From a virus (Duplodnaviria; Caudoviricetes): 25,543 bases of DNA. Position numbers and translations under genes: made by a program. Positions 22,167-25,543 of this stretch are shown here, one piece after another (within the stretch, counting starts at the first letter, position 1; each line of letters begins with the position of its first letter). Below the pieces are notes generated by a model. It had not been told where the DNA came from and made no database searches. It saw nothing but the letters and a program-made list of their open reading frames with translations. Location of the stretch: positions 1 to 25,543 of IMG/VR virus record IMGVR_UViG_3300044233_001437. The stretch is one strand, 5' to 3'.

Positions 22167-23078
22167 TTAAGCAGCTCCTGGAGAACCAAAAATACCTCTT
22201 GGATCAGAGAAACCAAAAGAATATCTTTCTCTTGCTTTGAATCTTACGTTACCTGTATCGAAGTCACCCTCAATAGCAGTTTTAATTGGTGCTCTAACAA
22301 ACTGTTTTAGTCCATTAGGTGCATCTGTCATAATAAAGAAAGCATCCGTATCAGTCAGATAATGGTTAACTCTATAACCTTGTGGGATCATACCCATTGA
22401 AGCCATAGCATTAATGTCATTATCAGCTGTCGCTACTCTCTGTGGAGATCTTAAAATTCTCTCTGCAGTAAACTGAAGTTCTTTTGGAATGATCAGTTTT
22501 ACACCCTGCATAGCAATTTTCAAACCTCTTTCATCAACAAATGCAGCAATATCAATTAAAGATTGCTCAAGTGCGGTTTCAGATAAGTCTGCAGCAGTTG
22601 CTAATTCGTTAGCGAATACACCACCAGTAGCAAGTGGATGTTGTGTTGAACAAAGTTCTACACCATCACCACCAGCAAAGCTTGAGTTAAATGCATTGTT
22701 AAGTACATTTGCAGCTTTTACTTGCTTAGTGTTTGCCATTGAACGAGCTAATGCTCTTGTATAACGAGCAGCTAATCTATCGTATAGATTATCTTCTATC
22801 GCTTCTTCAGTGATAGCAAATGCCATAGCAATAGTTTCGTGAGTGTATCTTGCTGTAAAAGATTCAGTTGCTTGGTCAAATGTGACCCCTGCACCCTCTT
22901 CTTTTACTGGAGCACTACCGAAACCTGTAAGCATTACTTCTTCTTCAAAAGCTCTATCTGATGCTTCTGCAACGAAGATTTCTGCGTGTTCGTTTTCGTA
23001 TCTATTATATTCTAAGCCAAAGAGAGCATTTAAACCTGGTTCTAACTCTTTGACCAACTGGGATCTTGAAATAGCCAT
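22167..23078 (-). CDS. Major capsid protein (HK97 fold, Mu gpT-like family)
   Basis: MAISRSQLVKELEPGLNALFGLEY, SDRAFEEEV, ARYTHETIA, ITEEAIEDNLY, GDFDTGNVRFKARERYSFG.SDPRG; SD GAGG; strong terminator follows. Confidence 0.92.
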   Translation of the reverse strand: MAISRSQLVKELEPGLNALFGLEYNRYENEHAEIFVAEASDRAFEEEVMLTGFGSAPVKEEGAGVTFDQATESFTARYTHETIAMAFAITEEAIEDNLYDRLAARYTRALARSMANTKQVKAANVLNNAFNSSFAGGDGVELCSTQHPLATGGVFANELATAADLSETALEQSLIDIAAFVDERGLKIAMQGVKLIIPKELQFTAERILRSPQRVATADNDINAMASMGMIPQGYRVNHYLTDTDAFFIMTDAPNGLKQFVRAPIKTAIEGDFDTGNVRFKARERYSFGFSDPRGIFGSPGAA

Positions 23079-23089
23079 AATTTACCTCT

Positions 23090-23668
23090 CTAAGTTAGTC
23101 CACCGCTTTGACGGTAGAAGTGATTATTAATTCTAACAAGAACGTTTGCATTAGCAGTAGTAGTATCTTCATTGTTAGGATCTTGGCTTATATCTACAGC
23201 CATTACCATAAATGTAGATGCACTATCACCTGTGCTTACATCAAGTTGAACTTTTGAAATACCAGTAACAGTATTACCAGTTACATTGGTTACAGAATAG
23301 TTTTTAAACAGTTCTGATCTAGTAAATGCTGCATCAGCATCCATTAGAAACAATGTATCAGGATCATCAATTACATTTGCAACAATGTCATCTGCATTGA
23401 TAGATCCAGGGTAAAAATTGCTAAAGGTAGGTTTTTGTGTTGTTGGGTCTGTGTAAAAACACCCGTTAAATACACCGACAACGTGATCCGAAGTACCTGC
23501 ACTATGTCTAGCTACATTACCTGTAGACGTTGGGACAACTAAGTCACCTTGAAAGATTGCAGTACCTTCATTTTGTTTTATCGTGTATCTGTTTTGGGCG
23601 TTATTCCACGGAGCACCATTCAACGACTTGTATGGTCTTAGACCAAACTTTTCAGCTACGTTAGCCAT
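23090..23668 (-). CDS. Putative capsid decoration/cement protein
   Basis: MAN...FGLRP, IFQGDLV, VGVFNGCFYTDP, V.DDP; strong SD AAGGAG; directly upstream of the MCP. Confidence 0.6.
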   Translation of the reverse strand: MANVAEKFGLRPYKSLNGAPWNNAQNRYTIKQNEGTAIFQGDLVVPTSTGNVARHSAGTSDHVVGVFNGCFYTDPTTQKPTFSNFYPGSINADDIVANVIDDPDTLFLMDADAAFTRSELFKNYSVTNVTGNTVTGISKVQLDVSTGDSASTFMVMAVDISQDPNNEDTTTANANVLVRINNHFYRQSGGLT

Positions 23669-23726
23669 ATGTTATCTCCTTTTATAACTAAGTTAAACAA
23701 ATACAGCGATGGCTTTTATCAAAAAA

Positions 23727-24197
23727 TTATGATTTACGTCCACCACCAAAAGTTACACGAGATTGTCTGTTAATATTAACAGGCATCTCTGGTCGTTGTT
23801 CCCTTAGAATGTCGTTGTCAACGGCTTTCACTTGGTCAGCTGTGATACTTTGAAAGTATCGCTTGCGCTGTTCGACAGTTTCTTCAGGTATCCTTGCCAA
23901 CACAAGGCCACCAACCCCGATTAACCCCTGATATTGTCCGCTTTGTATCACTGGATAGTCGTGATCACCAAGTTGATTTTTAATCTCCTCAGCTCTTACA
24001 AATTCCCATCCCTCTCTTAGTTTTTTTGATACATTACCTGTATCAGCTTGACCAACGAGTTCGGTTCTTATCCAACGATGCACAAAGCCCTGTGGTGCAG
24101 GGGGAGCATCTAGACTTGACGGTGGCGTCCAAGGTTTATTCCTATTTGGCTTATTCTCTTGTGACGCGCGTGAGTTTCTTTTTATAGTATCATTCAT
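23727..24197 (-). CDS. Head-module hypothetical protein
   Basis: WTPPSSLDAP...GFVHRWIR...REGWEFV...IGVGGLVLARIP; between scaffold and cement genes. Confidence 0.7.
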   Translation of the reverse strand: MNDTIKRNSRASQENKPNRNKPWTPPSSLDAPPAPQGFVHRWIRTELVGQADTGNVSKKLREGWEFVRAEEIKNQLGDHDYPVIQSGQYQGLIGVGGLVLARIPEETVEQRKRYFQSITADQVKAVDNDILREQRPEMPVNINRQSRVTFGGGRKS

Positions 24198-24201
24198 ATT
24201 T

Positions 24202-25110
24202 CTACCTTTTCACGTGTTTTGCGTATAATTCTAGCGGCACTCCTAATTTTTTGGCAATAGCCACCTCTGAACGAGTGAGTTTCACAGTTCTGCGCCCTTC
24301 CTGTTTACGCCCCGCAGAGGCAACAGTTTGGACGGGTTGTTGTCTTTCATCAGCAAACTTATGAGGAAAATTTTCCCTAATAAGTTTGTTAACTTCATTG
24401 TAATACTCATCTGACTCTGGGTCAAACCCCTGTGTAATTAAGTCTTCGTGTATTCCATATGCAGCACTTGTCATAACCCTATCACTACCAAACCATTCGT
24501 TATCTTCAGCCCACTTTTCCGCTTTTTTTGAGGGTTGAGGTAAATTCTGTGGTTGTGGTGCTTGTTGTGGTTGTTCTGCTGCAGCTTTTGTTTCTGTTTC
24601 TATTTTATCTTTTTTAATTCTTGCTTTTTCTTTTTCAACAGCTAAACGTGTTAATTCATCGTTGGCCTCCATAATTTGATCGGCATTGTTTTCTTCAATT
24701 GCTTTTTTTAATTTTACTTTAACTTGTTCTCTTTGTGCATCAACACGGGCATCAAACTCCGCAACATAATTTTTGTCGGTGTCCGTAGCATTTTTTTGTA
24801 AACCAGACATTTTATTTTGCAATCCTTTTGCATAATCTAAAGCTGCTTTTTCTCTTCTCTCAGCTTCTCTGTATTTTCGAGTGAGTTGAGCAATTCTTTT
24901 TTGCACATTCTGTGAAACATTTTCTAGATCGTCTTTATTTTCTTTTGGTTCTTCTATAACTTTTGTTTTGGTATCTTCTTTAATTGGATCAGTATAACCA
25001 AGATCAACCTCTTCAGTTTTTGGAGTTTCCTCCTCTTTTTTTTCAGCCACTGTAAGAGTTTCCTCTTTTACGTCATCTGTATCTAATTCTACTTTGTTTT
25101 CTTCTTGCAT
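24202..25110 (-). CDS. Capsid scaffolding protein (putative)
   Basis: Acidic N-terminus, long coiled coil (VQKRIAQLTRK.REAERRE), W...N.WFG, and a C-terminal VKLT.SEVAIAKKLGVPLE.YAK helix-turn-helix. Confidence 0.7.
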   Translation of the reverse strand: MQEENKVELDTDDVKEETLTVAEKKEEETPKTEEVDLGYTDPIKEDTKTKVIEEPKENKDDLENVSQNVQKRIAQLTRKYREAERREKAALDYAKGLQNKMSGLQKNATDTDKNYVAEFDARVDAQREQVKVKLKKAIEENNADQIMEANDELTRLAVEKEKARIKKDKIETETKAAAEQPQQAPQPQNLPQPSKKAEKWAEDNEWFGSDRVMTSAAYGIHEDLITQGFDPESDEYYNEVNKLIRENFPHKFADERQQPVQTVASAGRKQEGRRTVKLTRSEVAIAKKLGVPLELYAKHVKR

Positions 25111-25119
25111 TTTTAATCC

Positions 25120-25543
25120 TTAGAATAAAGCGAGGATATCCTCGGGTTTGTTAATAGTGCCGATGATCTCATCATCATTTAAGATTCTGTGTTCACCGTA
25201 TTTAGTCTTAAAACGAGCACCAGCATACCGTCCATAAACAATAAACTGACCCTCTTTACACCACGGTCCAGTTGGAAATTTTTGCTTATCTTTGTAACAA
25301 AGGTCACCCATTTTTACAACAAGCCCAACCACTGTTGTTAGTTGTTGTGTCTCTAAGGTTTGCTCTGTTAAATACAAGCCTCCTTTAGTTTTCTTTTTAG
25401 GCTGATAAGGCCTTACTAAAAGTCTGTATCCTACTGGTTTTGGAAGTATTTTAAGATATTCTTCTGTTTCTTTTGTACCTTTAGGAACTAAAGGTTCTTC
25501 CTCATCATTCGCAGGTGGAACAACGAGTTTTTTATCCCCTCCC
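25120..25543 (-). CDS. groES: GroES/Cpn10-like co-chaperonin (5' truncated)
   Basis: The frame is open beyond 25377 to the window edge: ...LPKPVGYRLLVRP..PKKKTKGGLYL...VGLVVKMG...GQFIVYGRYAG...RILNDDEIIG, matching the GroES signature P.GxRxLV, TKGGLxL mobile loop and LxxxEIxG. Confidence 0.85.
   Translation of the reverse strand, partial: GGDKKLVVPPANDEEEPLVPKGTKETEEYLKILPKPVGYRLLVRPYQPKKKTKGGLYLTEQTLETQQLTTVVGLVVKMGDLCYKDKQKFPTGPWCKEGQFIVYGRYAGARFKTKYGEHRILNDDEIIGTINKPEDILALF

Noticed and set aside
907-23130. All plus-strand ORFs in the track (e.g. 907..1197, 2311..2559, 8517..8765, 8826..9167, 12110..12379, 22489..22764, 22843..23130)
   Set aside because: Antisense shadows of well-supported minus-strand genes, with no recognisable motifs.
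1-25543. Stop-codon reassignment, tRNAs, introns/inteins, integrase or IS elements
   Set aside because: TAA, TAG and TGA all end genes at tight junctions with near-complete coding density under code 11. The gaps are too short or lack cloverleaf or intron features, and no mobile-element genes were seen.

Overview
The window is the late (virion morphogenesis) region of an AT-rich tailed phage with podovirus-like, P22/T7-style gene content. It resembles uncultured marine/aquatic phages; the host cannot be assigned from this sequence. Every credible gene is on the minus strand. Transcription order (right to left): GroES-like co-chaperonin (truncated), scaffold, two head proteins, major capsid protein, terminator plus a pseudoknotted RNA element, two virion proteins, and a block of small K/R-rich proteins interleaved with a holin-like peptide, an M15A endolysin, a 2OG-Fe(II) oxygenase and two adaptor-like proteins. 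Then come tail/fibre genes, two more 2OG-Fe(II) oxygenases, a P22 gp10-like tail hub, two glycosyltransferases and a DNA-ejection cassette containing a GNAT-like gene; the last ORF is truncated at the left edge. Four ORFs missing from the supplied track were recovered by hand (1..1592, 6710..6874, 19534..19683, 20119..20271), and the GroES ORF extends to the right edge. The most unusual signal is a set of short motifs shared by otherwise unrelated proteins: [FLYM]xxGG, C-terminal GxGxAx[KR]G, KTPIY, YYKxxL, an MCP N-terminus mimic, and a duplicated 65-aa leader on two ejection proteins. Together they suggest a capsid cargo-addressing or processing system. Functional calls come from motif recognition only; no searches were run.
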